From assembly GCA_964016885.1 (NCBI GenBank), contig OZ024745.1, forward strand, positions 5,084,001 through 5,148,000: a stretch of 64,000 nucleotides of DNA, read 5' to 3'. Made by a program: the position numbers and the translations under genes. The notes beneath the pieces are model-generated. The model searched no databases. It saw only the letters and a list, made by a program, of their open reading frames with translations, and had not been told where the DNA came from. Below are positions 30,001 to 44,941 of this stretch, in pieces (the stretch's first letter is position 1; the number at the start of each line of letters is the position of its first letter). The DNA comes from Eledone cirrhosa. Taxonomy: Eukaryota.

Positions 30001-33000
30001 AACCAAGTGGGGTGGAACTTATCAAATTAGACCAAGTGGGGTGGAACTTATCAAATTAGACCTAGTGGGGTGGAACTTATCAAATTAGACCAAGTGGGGT
30101 GGAACTTATCAAATTAGACCTTGTGAGGTGGAACTTATGAAATTAGACCAAGTGGGGTGGAACTTATCAAATTAGACCAAGTGGGGTGGAACTTATCAAA
30201 TTAGACCAAGTGGGGTGGAACTTATCAAATTAGACTGAGTGGGGTGGAACTTATCAAATTAGACTAAGTGGGGTGGAAATTATCAAATTAGACCAAGTGG
30301 GGTGGAAATTATCAAATTAGACCAAGTGTAGTGGATCTTATCAAATTAGACCGACTGGGGTGGAACTTATCAATTTAGACCAAGTGGGGTGGAACTTATC
30401 AAATTAGACCAAGTGGGGTGGAGCTTATCAAATTAGACCAAGTGTGGTGGATCTTATCAAATTAGACCAAGTGTGGTTGAACTTATCAAATTAGACCAAG
30501 TTGGGTGGAACTTATCAAATTAGACCTAGTGAGGTGGAACTTATCAAATTAGACTGAGTGTGGTGGAACTTATTAAATTAGACCAAGTGGGGTGGAACTT
30601 ATCAAATTAGACCGAGTGGTGTGGAACTTATCAAACTAGACCGAGTGGAGTGGAACTTATCAAATTAGACCAAGTGGGGTGGAACTTATCAAATTAGACC
30701 TAGTGGGGTGGAACTTATCAAATTAGACCAAGTGGGGTGGAACTTATCAAATTAGACTGAGTGGGGTGGAACTTATCAAATTAGACCAAGTGGGGTGGAA
30801 ATTATCAAATTAGACCAAGTGGGGTGGAACTTATTAAATTAGACCAAGTATGGTCGAACTTATCAAATTAGAGTATCTGTGGTGGAACTTATCTAATTAG
30901 ACCAAGTGGGGTGGAACTTATCAAATTAGGCCAAGTGGGTGGAGCTTTTCAAATTAGACCAAGTGTGGTGGATCTTATCAAATTAGACCAAGTGGGGTGG
31001 AACTTATCAAATTAGACCGAGTGGGGTGGAACTTATCAAATTAGACCAAGTGGGGTGGAACTTATCAAATTAGACCGAGTGGGGTGGAACTTATCAAATT
31101 AGACCGAGTGGGGTGGAACTTATCAAATTAGACCAAGTGGGGTGGAACTTATCAAATTAGAGTGAGTGGGTTGGAACTTATCAAATTAGACCAAGTGGGG
31201 TGGAACTTATCTAATTAGACCAAGTGGGGTCGAACTTATCAAATTAGACCTTGTGGGGTGGAACTTATCAAATTAGACCAAGTGGGGTGGAACTTATCAA
31301 ATTAGACCAAGTGGGGTGGAACTTATCAAATTAAACCAAGTGGGGTGGAACTTATCAAATTAGACCAAGTGGGGTGGAACTTATCAAATTAGACCTAGTG
31401 GGGTGGAACTTATCAAATTAGACCAAGTGGGGTGGAACTTATCAAATTAGACCAAGTGGGGTGGAACTTATGAAATTAGACCAAGTGGGGTGGAACTTAT
31501 CAAATTAGACTGAGTGGGGTGGAACTTATCAAATTAGACTAAGTGGGGTGGAAATTATCAAATTAGACCAAGTGGGGTGGAACTTATCAAGTTAGACCTA
31601 GTGGGGTAGAACTTATCAAATTAGACCGAGTGGGGTGGAACTTATCAAATTAGACCGAGTGGGGTGGAACTTATCAAATTAGCCCTAGTGTGGTGGAATT
31701 TATCAAATTAGACCAAGTAGGGTGGAATTTATTAATTTTAGGCCGAGTGGGGTGGAACTTATCAAATTAGACCTAGTGGGGTGGATCTTATCAAATTAGA
31801 CTTAGTGGGGTGGAACTTATCAAATTAGACCAAGTGGGGTGGAAATTATCAAATTAGACCGAGTCGGGTGCAACTTATCAAATTAGACCTAGTGGGGTGG
31901 AACTTATCAAATTAGACCGAGTGGGGTGCAACTTATCAAATTAGACCGAGTGGGGTGCAACTTATCAAATTAGACCGAGTGGTGTGGAACTTATCAAATT
32001 AGACCAAGTGGGGTGGAACTTATAAAATTAGACCTAGTGGGGTGGAACTTATCAAATTAGACCAAGTGGGGTGGAACTTATCAAATTAGACCAAGTGGGG
32101 TTGAACTTATCAAATTAGACCAAGTGGGGTCGAACTTATCAAATTAGACCAAGTTGGGTGGAACTTATCAAATTAGACCGAGTGGGGTGCAACTTATCAA
32201 ATTAGACCGAGTGGGGTGCAACTTATCAAATTAGACCGAGTGGTGTGGAACTTATCAAATTAGACCGAGTGGAGTGGAACTTATCAAATTAAACCAAGTG
32301 GGGTGGAACTTATCAAATTAGACCAAGTGGGGTGGAACTTATCAAATTAGACCGAGTGTGGTGGAACTTATCAAATTGGACCAAGTGGGGTGGAACTTAT
32401 CAAATTAGACCGAGTGGGGTGGAACTTATCAAATTGGACCAAGTGGGGTGGAACTTATCAAATTAGACCGAGTGGGGTGGAACTTATCAAATTAGACCGA
32501 GTGGGGTGGAACTTATCAAATTAGACCAAGTGGGGTGGAACTTATCAAATTAGAGTGAGTGGGTTGGAACTTATCAAATTAGACCAAGTGGGGTGGAACT
32601 TATCTAATTAGACCAAGTGGGGTCGAACTTATCAAATTAGACCTTGTGGGGTGGAACTTATCAAATTAGACCAAGTGGGGTGGAACTTATCAAATTAGAC
32701 CAAGTGGGGTGGAACTTATCAAATTAAACCAAGTGGGGTGGAACTTATCAAATTAGACGAAGTGGGGTGGAACTTATCAAATTAGACCTAGTGGGGTGGA
32801 ACTTATCAAATTAGACCTAGTGAGGTGGAACTTATCAAATTAGACCAAATGGGGTGGAACTTATCAAATTAGACTGAGTGTGGTGGAACTTATTAAATTA
32901 GACCAAGTGGGGTGGAACTTATCAAATTAGACCGAGTGGTGTGGAACTTATCAAATTAGACCGAGTGGAGTGGAACTTATCAAATTAGACCAAGTGGGGT

Positions 33001-36000
33001 GGAACTTATCAAATTAGACCTAGTGGGGTGGAACTTATCAAATTAGACCAAGTGGGGTGGAACTTATCAAATTAGACTGAGTGGGGTGGAACTTATCAAA
33101 TTAGACCAAGTGGGGTGGAAATTATCAAATTAGACCAAGTGGGGTGGAACTTATTAAATTAGACCAAGTATGGTCGAACTTATCAAATTAGAGTATCTGT
33201 GGTGGAACTTATCAAATTAGACCAAGTGGGGTGGAACTTATCAAATTAGGCCAAGTGGGTGGAGATTTTCAAATTAGACCAAGTGTGGTGGATCTTATCA
33301 AATTAGACCAAGTGGGGTGGAACTTATCAAATTAGACCGAGTGGGGTGGAACTTATCAAATTAGACCAAGTGGGGTGGAACTTATCAAATTAGACCGAGT
33401 GGGGTGGAACTTATCAAATTAGACCGAGTGGGGTGGAACTTATCAAATTAGACCAAGTGGGGTGGAACTTATCAAATTAGAGTGAGTGGGTTGGAACTTA
33501 TCAAATTAGACGAAGTGGGGTGGAACTTATCTAATTAGACCAAGTGGGGTCGAACTTATCAAATTAGACCTTGTGGGGTGGAACTTATCAAATTAGACCA
33601 AGTGGGGTGGAACTTATCAAATTAGACCAAGTGGGGTGGAACTTATCAAATTAAACCAAGTGGGGTGGAACTTATCAAATTAGACCAAGTGGGGTGGAAC
33701 TTATCAAATTAGACCTAGTGGGGTGGAACTTATCAAATTAGACCAAGTGGGGTGGAACTTATCAAATTAGACCAAGTGGGGTGGAACTTATGAAATTAGA
33801 CCAAGTGGGGTGGAACTTATCAAATTAGACTGAGTGGGGTGGAACTTATCAAATTAGACTAAGTGGGGTGGAAATTATCAAATTAGACCAAGTGGGGTGG
33901 AACTTATCAAGTTAGACCTAGTGGGGTAGAACTTATCAAATTAGACCGAGTGGGGTGGAACTTATCAAATTAGACCGAGTGGGGTGGAACTTATCAAATT
34001 AGCCCTAGTGTGGTGGAATTTATCAAATTAGACTTAGTGGGGTGGAACTTATCAAATTAGACCAAGTGGGGTGGAAATTATCAAATTAGACCGAGTCGGG
34101 TGCAACTTATCAAATTAGACCTAGTGGGGTGGAACTTATCAAATTAGACCGAGTGGGGTGCAACTTATCAAATTAGACCGAGTGGGGTGCAACTTATCAA
34201 ATTAGACCGAGTGGTGTGGAACTTATCAAATTAGACCAAGTGGGGTGGAACTTATAAAATTAGACCTAGTGGGGTGGAACTTATCAAATTAGACCAAGTG
34301 GGGTGGAACTTATCAAATTAGACCAAGTGGGGTTGAACTTATGAAATTAGACCAAGTGGGGTCGAACTTATCAAATTAGACCAAGTTGGGTGGAACTTAT
34401 CAAATTAGACCGAGTGGGGTGCAACTTATCAAATTAGACCGAGTGGGGTGCAACTTATCAAATTAGACCGAGTGGTGTGGAACTTATCAAATTAGACCGA
34501 GTGGAGTGGAACTTATCAAATTAAACCAAGTGGGGTGGAACTTATCAAATTAGACCAAGTGGGGTGGAACTTATCAAATTAGACCGAGTGTGGTGGAACT
34601 TATCAAATTGGACCAAGTGGGGTGGAACTTATCAAATTAGACCGAGTGGGGTGGAACTTATCAAATTGGACCAAGTGGGGTGGAACTTATCAAATTAGAC
34701 CGAGTGGGGTGGAACTTATCAAATTAGACCGAGTGGGGTGGAACTTATCAAATTAGACCAAGTGGGGTGGAACTTATCAAATTAGAGTGAGTGGGTTGGA
34801 ACTTATCAAATTAGACCAAGTGGGGTGGAACTTATCTAATTAGACCAAGTGGGGTCGAACTTATCAAATTAGACCTTGTGGGGTGGAACTTATCAAATTA
34901 GACCAAGTGGGGTGGAACTTATCAAATTAGACCAAGTGGGGTGGAACTTATCAAATTAAACCAAGTGGGGTGGAACTTATCAAATTAGACCAAGTGGGGT
35001 GGAACTTATCAAATTAGACCTAGTGGGGTGGAACTTATCAAATTAGACCAAGTGGGGTGGAACTTATCAAATTAGACCAAGTGGGGTGGAACTTATGAAA
35101 TTAGGCCAAGTTGGGTAGAACTTATCAAATTAGACCGAGTGGTGTGGAACTTATCAAATTAGACCAAGTGGGGTGGAACATATCAAATTAGACCGAGTGG
35201 GGTGGAACTTATTAAATTAGACCAAGTATGGTCGAACTTATCAAATTAGAGTATCTGTGGTGGAACTTATCAAATTAGACCAAGTGGGGTGGAACTTATC
35301 AAATTAAACCAAGTGGGGTGGCACTTATCAAATTAGTCCAAGTTGGGTGGAACTTATGAAATTAGGCCAAGTTGGGTAGAACTTATCAAATTAGACCGAG
35401 TGGTGTGGAACTTATCAAATTAGACCAAGTGGGGTGGAACTTATCAAATTAGACCGAGTGGGGTGGAACTTATCAAATTAGACCGAGTGAGGTGGAACTT
35501 ATCAAATTAGTCCAAGTAGGGTGGAACTTATCAAATTAGAGTGAGTGGGTTGGAACTTAGCAAATTAGACCAAGTGGGGTGGAACTTATCAAATTAGAAC
35601 AAGTGGGGTGGAACTTATCAAATTAGACCAAGTGGGGTGGAACTTATCAAATTAGGCCAAGTGGGGTGGAGCTTTTCAAATTAGACCAAGTGTGGTGGAT
35701 CTTATCAAATTAGACCAAGTGGGGTGGAACTTATTAAATTAGACCGAGTGGGGTGGAACTTATCAAATTAGACCAAGTGGGGTGGAACTTATCAAATTAG
35801 ACCGAGTGGGGTGGAACTTATCAAATTAGACCGAGTGGGGTGGAACTTATCAAATTAGACCAAGTGGGGTGGAACTTATCAAATTAGAGTGAGTGGGTTG
35901 GAACTTATCAAATTAGACCAAGTGGGGTGGAACTTATCTAATTAGACCAAGTGGGGTCGAACTTATCAAATTAGACCTTGTGGGGTGGAACTTATCAAAT

Positions 36001-39000
36001 TAGACCAAGTGGGGTGGAACTTATCAAATTAAACCAAGTGGGGTGGAACTTATCAAATTAGACCAAGTGGGGTGGAACTTATCAAATTAGACCTAGTGGG
36101 GTGGAACTTATCAAATTAGACCAAGTGGGGTGGAACTTATCAAATTAGACCTTGTGAGGTGGAACTTATGAAATTAGACCAAGTGGGGTGGAACTTATCA
36201 AATTAGACCAAGTGGGGTGGAACTTATCAAATTAGACCAAGTGGGGTGGAACTTATCAAATTAGACTGAGTGGGGTGGAACTTATCAAATTAGACTAAGT
36301 GGGGTGGAAATTATCAAATTAGACCAAGTGGGGTGGAAATTATCAAATTAGACCAAGTGTGGTGGATCTTATCAAATTAGACCGACTGGGGTGGAACTTA
36401 TCAATTTAGACCAAGTGGGGTGGAACTTATCAAATTAGACCAAGTGGGGTGGAGCTTATCAAATTAGACCAAGTGTGGTGGATCTTATCAAATTAGACCA
36501 AGTGTGGTTGAACTTATCAAATTAGACCAAGTTGGGTGGAACTTATCAAATTAGACCTAGTGAGGTGGAACTTATCAAATTAGACCAAATGGGGTGGAAC
36601 TTATCAAATTAGACTGAGTGTGGTGGAACTTATTAAATTAGACCAAGTGGGGTGGAACTTATCAAATTAGACCGAGTGGTGTGGAACTTATCAAATTAGA
36701 CCGAGTGGAGTGGAACTTATCAAATTAGACCAAGTGGGGTGGAACTTATCAAATTAGACCTAGTGGGGTGGAACTTATCAAATTAGACCAAGTGGGGTGG
36801 AACTTATCAAATTAGACTGAGTGGGGTGGAACTTATCAAATTAGACCAAGTGGGGTGGAAATTATCAAATTAGACCAAGTGGGGTGGAACTTATTAAATT
36901 AGACCAAGTATGGTCGAACTTATCAAATTAGAGTATCTGTGGTGGAACTTATCACATTAGACCAAGTGGGGTGGAACTTATCAAATTAGAACAAGTGGGG
37001 TGGAACTTATCAAATTAGACCAAGTGGGGTGGAACTTATCAAATTAGGCCAAGTGGGTGGAGCTTTTCAAATTAGACCAAGTGTGGTGGATCTTATCAAA
37101 TTAGACCAAGTGGGGTGGAACTTATCAAATTAGACCGAGTGGGGTGGAACTTATCAAATTAGACCAAGTGGGGTGGAACTTATCAAATTAGACCGAGTGG
37201 GGTGGAACTTATCAAATTAGACCGAGTGGGGTGGAACTTATCAAATTAGACCAAGTGGGGTGGAACTTATCAAATTAGAGTGAGTGGGTTGGAACTTATC
37301 AAATTAGACCAAATGGGGTGGAACTTATGAAATTAGACCAAGTGGGGTGGAACTTATCAAATTAGACTGAGTGGGGTGGAACTTATCAAATTAGACTAAG
37401 TGGGGTGGAAATTATCAAATTAGACCAAGTGGGGTGGAACTTATCAAATTAGACCTAGTGGGGTAGAACTTATCAAATTAGACCGAGTGGGGTGGAACTT
37501 ATCAAATTAGACCGAGTGGGGTGGAACTTATCAAATTAGCCCTAGTGTGGTGGAATTTATCAAATTAGACCAAGTAGGGTGGAATTTATTAATTTTAGGC
37601 CGAGTGGGGTGGAACTTATCAAATTAGACCTAGTGGGGTGGATCTTATCAAATTAGACTTAGTGGGGTGGAACTTATCAAATTAGACCAAGTGGGGTGGA
37701 AATTATCAAATTAGACCGAGTCGGGTGCAACTTATCAAATTAGACCTAGTGGGGTGGAACTTATCAAATTAGACCGAGTGGGGTGCAACTTATCAAATTA
37801 GACCGAGTGGGGTGCAACTTATCAAATTAGACCGAGTGGTGTGGAACTTATCAAATTAGACCAAGTGGGGTGGAACTTATAAAATTAGACCTAGTGGGGT
37901 GGAACTTATCAAATTAGACCAAGTGGGGTGGAACTTATCAAATTAGACCAAGTGGGGTTGAACTTATCAAATTAGACCAAGTGGGGTCGAACTTATCAAA
38001 TTAGACCAAGTTGGGTGGAACTTATCAAATTAGACCGAGTGGGGTGCAACTTATCAAATTAGACCGAGTGGGGTGCAACTTATCAAATTAGACCGAGTGG
38101 TGTGGAACTTATCAAATTAGACCGAGTGGAGTGGAACTTATCAAATTAAACCAAGTGGGGTGGAACTTATCAAATTAGACCAAGTGGGGTGGAACTTATC
38201 AAATTAGACCGAGTGTGGTGGAACTTATCAAATTAGAACAAGTGGGGTGGAACTTATCAAATTAGACCAAGTGGGGTCGAACTTATCAAATTAGACCAAG
38301 TGGGGTGGAAGTTATCAAATTAGACCTAGTGAGGTGGAACTTACCAAATTAGACTGAGTGGGGTGGAACTTATCAAATTAGACTGAGTGGGGTGGAACTT
38401 ATCCAATTAGACGTAGTGGGGTGGAACTTATCAAATTAGACCAAGTGGGGTGGAACTTATCAAATTAGACCGAGTGGGGTGGAACTTATCAACTTAGACG
38501 AAGTGGGGTGGAACTTATCAAATTAGACCTAGTGGCTTGGAACTTATCAAATTAGACCAAGTGGGGTGGAACTTATCAAATTAGACCTAGTGTGGAGGAA
38601 CTTATCAAATTAGACCTAGTGTAGTGGAACTTATCAAATTAGACCAAGTGGGGTGGAACTTATCATATTAGACCAAGTGGGGTGAAACTTATCAAATTAG
38701 ATCAAGTGGGGTGAAACATATCAAATTAGACCTAGTGGGGTGGAACTTATCAAATTAGACCGAGTGGTGTGGAACTTATCAAATTAGACCGAGTGGAGTG
38801 GAACTTATCAAATTAGACCAAGTGGGGTGGAACTTATCAAATTAGACCTAGTGGGGTGGAACTTATCAAATTAGACCAAGTGGGGTGGAACTTATCAAAT
38901 TAGACCAAGTGGGGTGGAACTTATCAAATTAGACCAAGTGGGGTCGAACTTATCAAATTAGACCAAGTGGGGTGGAACTTATCAAATTAGACTGAGTGGG

Positions 39001-42000
39001 GTGGAACTTATCAAATTAGACCAAGTGGGGTGGAAATTATCAAATTAGACCAAGTGGGGTGGAAATTATCAAATTAGACCAAGTGTGGTGGATCTTATCA
39101 AATTAGACCAAGTGGGGTGGAACTTATCAAATTAGACCAAGTGGGGTGGAACTTATGAAATTAGGCCAAGTTGGGAAGAATTTAGCAAATTAGACCGAGT
39201 GGTGTGGAACTTATCAAATTAGACCAAGTGGGGTGGAACATATCAAATTAGACCGAGTGGGGTGGAACTTATTAAATTAGACCAAGTATGGTCGAACTTA
39301 TCAAATTAGAGTATCTGTGGTGGAACTTATCAAATTAGAACAAGTGGGGTGGAACTTATCAAATTAAACCAAGTGGGGTGGCACTTATCAAATTAGTCCA
39401 AGTTGGGTGGAACTTATGAAATTAGGCCAAGTTGGGTAGAACTTATCAAATTAGACCGAGTGGTGTGGAACTTATCAAATTAGACCAAGTGGCGTGGAAC
39501 TTATCAAATTAGACCGAGTGGGGTGGAACTTATCAAATTAGACCGAGTGGGGTGGAACTTATCAAATTAGACCAAGTGGGGTGGAACTTATCAAATTAGA
39601 GTGAGTGGGTTGGAACTTATCAAATTAGACCAAGTGGGGTGGAACTTATCAAATTAGACCAAGTGGGGTGGAACATATCAAATTAGACCGAGTGGGGTGG
39701 AACTTATTAAATTAGACCAAGTATGGTCGAACTTATCAAATTAGAGTATCTGTGGTGGAACTTATCAAATTAGAACAAGTGGGGTGGAACTTATCAAATT
39801 AAACCAAGTGGGGTGGCACTTATCAAATTAGTCCAAGTTGGGTGGAACTTATGAAATTAGGCCAAGTTGGGTAGAACTTATCAAATTAGACCGAGTGGTG
39901 TGGAACTTATCAAATTAGACCAAGTGGCGTGGAACTTATCAAATTAGACCGAGTGGGGTCGAACTTATCAAATTAGACCTTGTGGGGTGGAACTTATCAA
40001 ATTAGACCAAGTGGGGTGGAACTTATCAAATTAGACCAAGTGGGGTGGAACTTATCAAATTAAACCAAGTGGGGTGGAACTTATCAAATTAGACCAAGTG
40101 GGGTGGAACTTATCAAATTAGACCTAGTGGGGTGGAACTTATCAAATTAGACCAAGTGGGGTGGAACTTATCAAATTAGACCAAGTGGGGTGGAACTTAT
40201 GAAATTAGGCCAAGTTGGGTAGAACTTATCAAATTAGACCGAGTGGTGTGGAACTTATCAAATTAGACCAAGTGGGGTGGAACATATCAAATTAGACCGA
40301 GTGGGGTGGAACTTATTAAATTAGACCAAGTATGGTCGAACTTATCAAATTAGAGTATCTGTGGTGGAAATTATCAAATTAGACCAAGTGGGGTGGAACT
40401 TATCAAATTAAACCAAGTGGGGTGGCACTTATCAAATTAGTCCAAGTTGGGTGGAACTTATGAAATTAGGCCAAGTTGGGTAGAACTTATCAAATTAGAC
40501 CGAGTGGTGTGGAACTTATCAAATTAGACCAAGTGGGGTGGAACTTATCAAATTAGACCGAGTGGGGTGGAACTTATCAAATTAGACCGAGTGAGGTGGA
40601 ACTTATCAAATTAGTCCAAGTGGGGTGGAACTTATCAAATTAGAGTGAGTGGGTTGGAACTTAGCAAATTAGACCAAGTGGGGTGGAACTTATCAAATTA
40701 GAACAAGTGGGGTGGAACTTATTAAATTAGACCAAGTGGGGTGGAACTTATCAAATTAGGCCAAGTGGGGTGGAGCTTTTCAAATTAGACCAAGTGTGGT
40801 GGATCTTATCAAATTAGACCAAGTGGGGTGGAACTTATTAAATTAGACCGAGTGGGGTGGAACTTATCAAATTAGACCAAGTGGGGTGGAACTTATCAAA
40901 TTAGACCGAGTGGGGTGGAACTTATCAAATTAGACCGAGTGGGGTGGAACTTATCAAATTAGACCAAGTGGGGTGGAACTTATCAAATTAGAGTGAGTGG
41001 GTTGGAACTTATCAAATTAGACCAAGTGGGGTGGAACTTATCTAATTAGACCAAGTGGGGTCGAACTTATCAAATTAGACCTTGTGGGGTGGAACTTATC
41101 AAATTAGACCAAGTGGGGTGGAACTTATCAAATTAAACCAAGTGGGGTGGAACTTATCAAATTAGACCAAGTGGGGTGGAACTTATCAAATTAGACCTAG
41201 TGGGGTGGAACTTATCAAATTAGACCAAGTGGGGTGGAACTTATCAAATTAGACCTTGTGAGGTGGAACTTATGAAATTAGACCAAGTGGGGTGGAACTT
41301 ATCAAATTAGACCAAGTGGGGTGGAACTTATCAAATTAGACTGAGTGGGGTGGAACTTATCAAATTAGACTAAGTGGGGTGGAAATTATCAAATTAGACC
41401 AAGTGGGGTGGAAATTATCAAATTAGACCAAGTGTGGTGGATCTTATCAAATTAGACCGACTGGGGTGGAACTTATCAATTTAGACCAAGTGGGGTGGAA
41501 CTTATCAAATTAGACCAAGTGGGGTGGAGCTTATCAAATTAGACCAAGTGTGGTGGATCTTATCAAATTAGACCAAGTGTGGTTGAACTTATCAAATTAG
41601 ACCAAGTTGGGTGGAACTTATCAAATTAGACCTAGTGAGGTGGAACTTATCAAATTAGACCAAATGGGGTGGAACTTATCAAATTAGACTGAGTGTGGTG
41701 GACCTTATTAAATTAGACCAAGTGGGGTGGAACTTATCAAATTAGACCATCTGTGGTGGAACTTATCAAATTAGACCTAGTGGGGTGGAACTTATCAAAT
41801 TAGACCAAGTGGGATGGAACTTATCAATTTAGACCAAGTGGGGTGGAACTTATCAAATTAAACCTAGTGGGGTGGAACTTATCAAATTAGATCGAGTGGG
41901 GTGGAACATATCAAATTAGACCAAGTTGGGTGGAACTTATGAAATTAGACCAAGTGGGGTGGAACTTATCAAATTAAACCTAGTGCGGTGGAACTTATCA

Positions 42001-44904
42001 AATTAGTCCAAGTTGGGTGGAACTTATGAAATTAGGCCAAGTTGGGTAGATCTTATCAAATTAGACCTAGTGTGGTGGAACTTATCAAATTAGACCGAGT
42101 GGCGTGGAACTTATCAAATTAGACCTAGTGGGGTGGAACTTATCAATTTAGACCAAGTGGGGTGGAAATTATCAAATTAGACCTTGTGGGGTTGAACTTA
42201 TCAAATTAGACCAAGTGGGTCGAACTTATCAAATTAGACCAAGTGGTGTGGAACTTATCAAAGTCGAGTGAGTGGGTTGGAACTTATGAAATTAGGCCAA
42301 GTGGTGTGGAACTTATCAAATTAGACCTAGTGGGGTGGACCTTATCAAATTAGACCAAGTGGGGAGGATCTTATCAAATTAGACCTAGTGGGGTGGAACT
42401 TATCAAATTAGACCACGTGTGGTGGAACTTATCAAATTAGACCAAGTGTGGTGGAACTTATCAAATTAGACCAAGTGGGGTGGAACTTATCAAATTAGAC
42501 TGAGTGGGGTGGAACTTATCAAATTAGACCAAGTGGGGTGGAACTTATCAAATTAGACCAAGTGGGGTGGAGTTTATCAAATTAGACCAAGTGTGGTGGA
42601 TCTTATCAAATTAGACCAAGTGTGGTGGAACTTATCAAATTAGACCAAGTGGGGTGGAACTTATCAAATTAGACCTAGTCAGGTGGAACTTATCAAATTA
42701 GACCAAATGGGGTGGAACTTATCAAATTAGACCTAGTGGGGTGGACCTTATCAAATTAGAGCAAGTGGGGTGCAATTTATCAAATTAGGCCAAGTGGGGT
42801 GGAACTTATCAAATTAGACCAAGTGGGGTGGAAGTTATCAAATTAGACCAAGTGGGGTGGAACTTATGAAATTAGACCAAGTGGGGTCGAACTTATCAAA
42901 TTAGACCAAGTGGGGTGGAACTTATCAAATTAGACTGAGTGGGGTGGAACTTATCAAATTAGACCAAGTGGGGTGGAAATTATCAAATTAGACCAAGTGG
43001 GGTGGAAATTATCAAATTAGACCAAGTGTGGTGGATCTTATCAAATTAGACCGACTGGGGTGGAACTTACCAAATTAGACCTAGTGGGGTAGAACCTATC
43101 AAATTAGACCGAGTGGGGTGGAACTTATCAAATTAGACCGAGTGGGGTGGAACTTATCAAATTAGACCTAGTGGGGTGGAGCTTATCAAATTAGACTGAG
43201 TGGGGTGGAACTTATCAAATTAGACCAAGTGGGGTGGAACTTATCAAATTAGACCACGTGGGGTGGAACTTATGAAATTAGGCCAAGTTGGGTAGAACTT
43301 ATCAAATTAGACCGAGTGGTGTGGAACTTATCAAATTAGACCAAGTGGGGTGGAACTTATCAAATTAGACCGAGTGGGGTGGAACTTATCAAATTAGACC
43401 AAGTGGGGTGGAACTTATCAAATTAGACCAAGTGGGGTGGAACTTATCAAATTAGAGTGAGTGGGTTGGAACTTATCAAATTAAACCAAGTGGGGTGGAA
43501 CTTATCAAATTAGAACAAGTGGGGTGGAACTTATCAAATTAGACCAAGTGGGGTGGAACTTATGAAATTAGGCCAAGTGGGGTGGAGCTTTTCAAATTAG
43601 ACCAAGTGTGGTGGATCTTATCAAATTAGACCAAGTGGGGTGGAACTTATCAAATTAGAACAAGTGGGGTGGAACTTATCAAATTAAACCAAGTGGGGTG
43701 GCACTTATCAAATTAGTCCAAGTTGGGTGGAACTTAAGAAATTAGGCCAAGTTGGGTAGAACTTATCAAATTAGACCGAGTGGTGTGGAACTTATCAAAT
43801 TAGACCAAGTGGGGTGGAACTTATCAAATTAGACCGAGTTGGGTGGAACTTATCAAATTAGACCGAGTGGGGTGGAACTTATCAAATTAGACCAAGTGGG
43901 GTGGAACTTATCAAATTAGAGTGAGTGGGTTGGAACTTATCAAATTAGACCAAGTGGGGTGGAACTTATCTAATTAGACCAAGTGGGGTCGAACTTATCA
44001 AATTAGACCTTGTGGGGTGGAACTTATCAAATTAGACCAAGTGGGGTGGAACTTATCAAATTAGACCAAGTGGGGTGGAACTTATCAAATTAGACCATCT
44101 TTGGTGGAACTTATCAAATTAGACCTAGTGGGGTGGAATTTATCAAATTAGACCAAGTGGGGTGGAACTTATCAAATTAGACCAAGTGGGGTGGAACTTA
44201 TCAAATTAGACCAAGTGTGGTGGAACTTATCAAATTAAACCTAGTGGGGTGGCACTTATCAAATTAGTCCAAGTTGGGTGGAACTTATGAAATTAGGCCA
44301 AGTTGGGTAGAACTTATCAAATTAGACCTAGTGTGGTGGAACTTATCAAATTAGACCGAGTGGGGTGGAACTTATCAAATTAGACCAAGTGGGGTGGAAC
44401 TTATCAAATTAGAGTGAGTGGGTTGGAATTTATCAAATTAGACCAAGTGGGGTGGAACTTATCAAATTAGACCAAGTGGGGTGGAACTTATCAAATTAGA
44501 CCAAGTGGGGTCGAACTTATCAAATTAGACCAAGTGGGGTGGAACTTATCAAATTAGACCAAGTGGGGTCGAACTTATCAAATTAGACCTTGTGGGGTGG
44601 AACTTATCAAATTAGACCAAGTGGGGTGGAACTTATCAAATTAGACCAAGTGGTGTGGAACTTATGAAATTAGACTGAGTGGGGTGGAACTTATCAAATT
44701 AGACCAAGTAGGGTGGAACTTATCAAATTAGACCAAGTGGGGTGGAACTTATCAAATTAGACCAAGTGGGGTCGAACTTATCAAATTAGTCCAAGTGGGG
44801 TGGAACTTATCAAATTAGACCAAGTGGGGTCGAACTTATCAAATTAGACCTTGTGGGGTGGAACTTATCAAATTAGACCAAGTGGGGTGGAACTTATCAA
44901 ATTA
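1..44904 (+). repeat. 29-bp tandem satellite array, about 1,550 monomers, continuing beyond the left edge
   Basis: Consensus CTTATCAAATTAGACCAAGTGGGGTGGAA repeats head-to-tail in one orientation with no insertions seen. It carries recurrent variant monomers, including 28-bp and 30-bp ones, and ends abruptly at ...CAAATTA|CTGTTT. The ORF track shows no ORF here. Confidence 0.99.
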
Positions 44905-44941
44905 CTGTTTCGTAATATTCTAGTTATACCAAATATCTTCT
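44903..44941 (+). repeat. 39-bp direct repeat, left copy, at the junction between the two satellites
   Basis: TACTGTTTCGTAATATTCTAGTTATACCAAATATCTTCT is 36/39 identical to 48016-48054. Confidence 0.9.

Noticed and set aside
1-44904. Telomeric repeat or repetitive protein-coding region
   Set aside because: TTAG and GGGG are separated, so there are no TTAGGG runs. The unit is not a multiple of 3 and carries stops on both strands, and the ORF track is empty here.
1-44904. Calling the array a functional centromere (5x29=145 bp, near nucleosome core length)
   Set aside because: The numerical coincidence is not evidence. Centromere identity cannot be read from sequence without CENP-A data.
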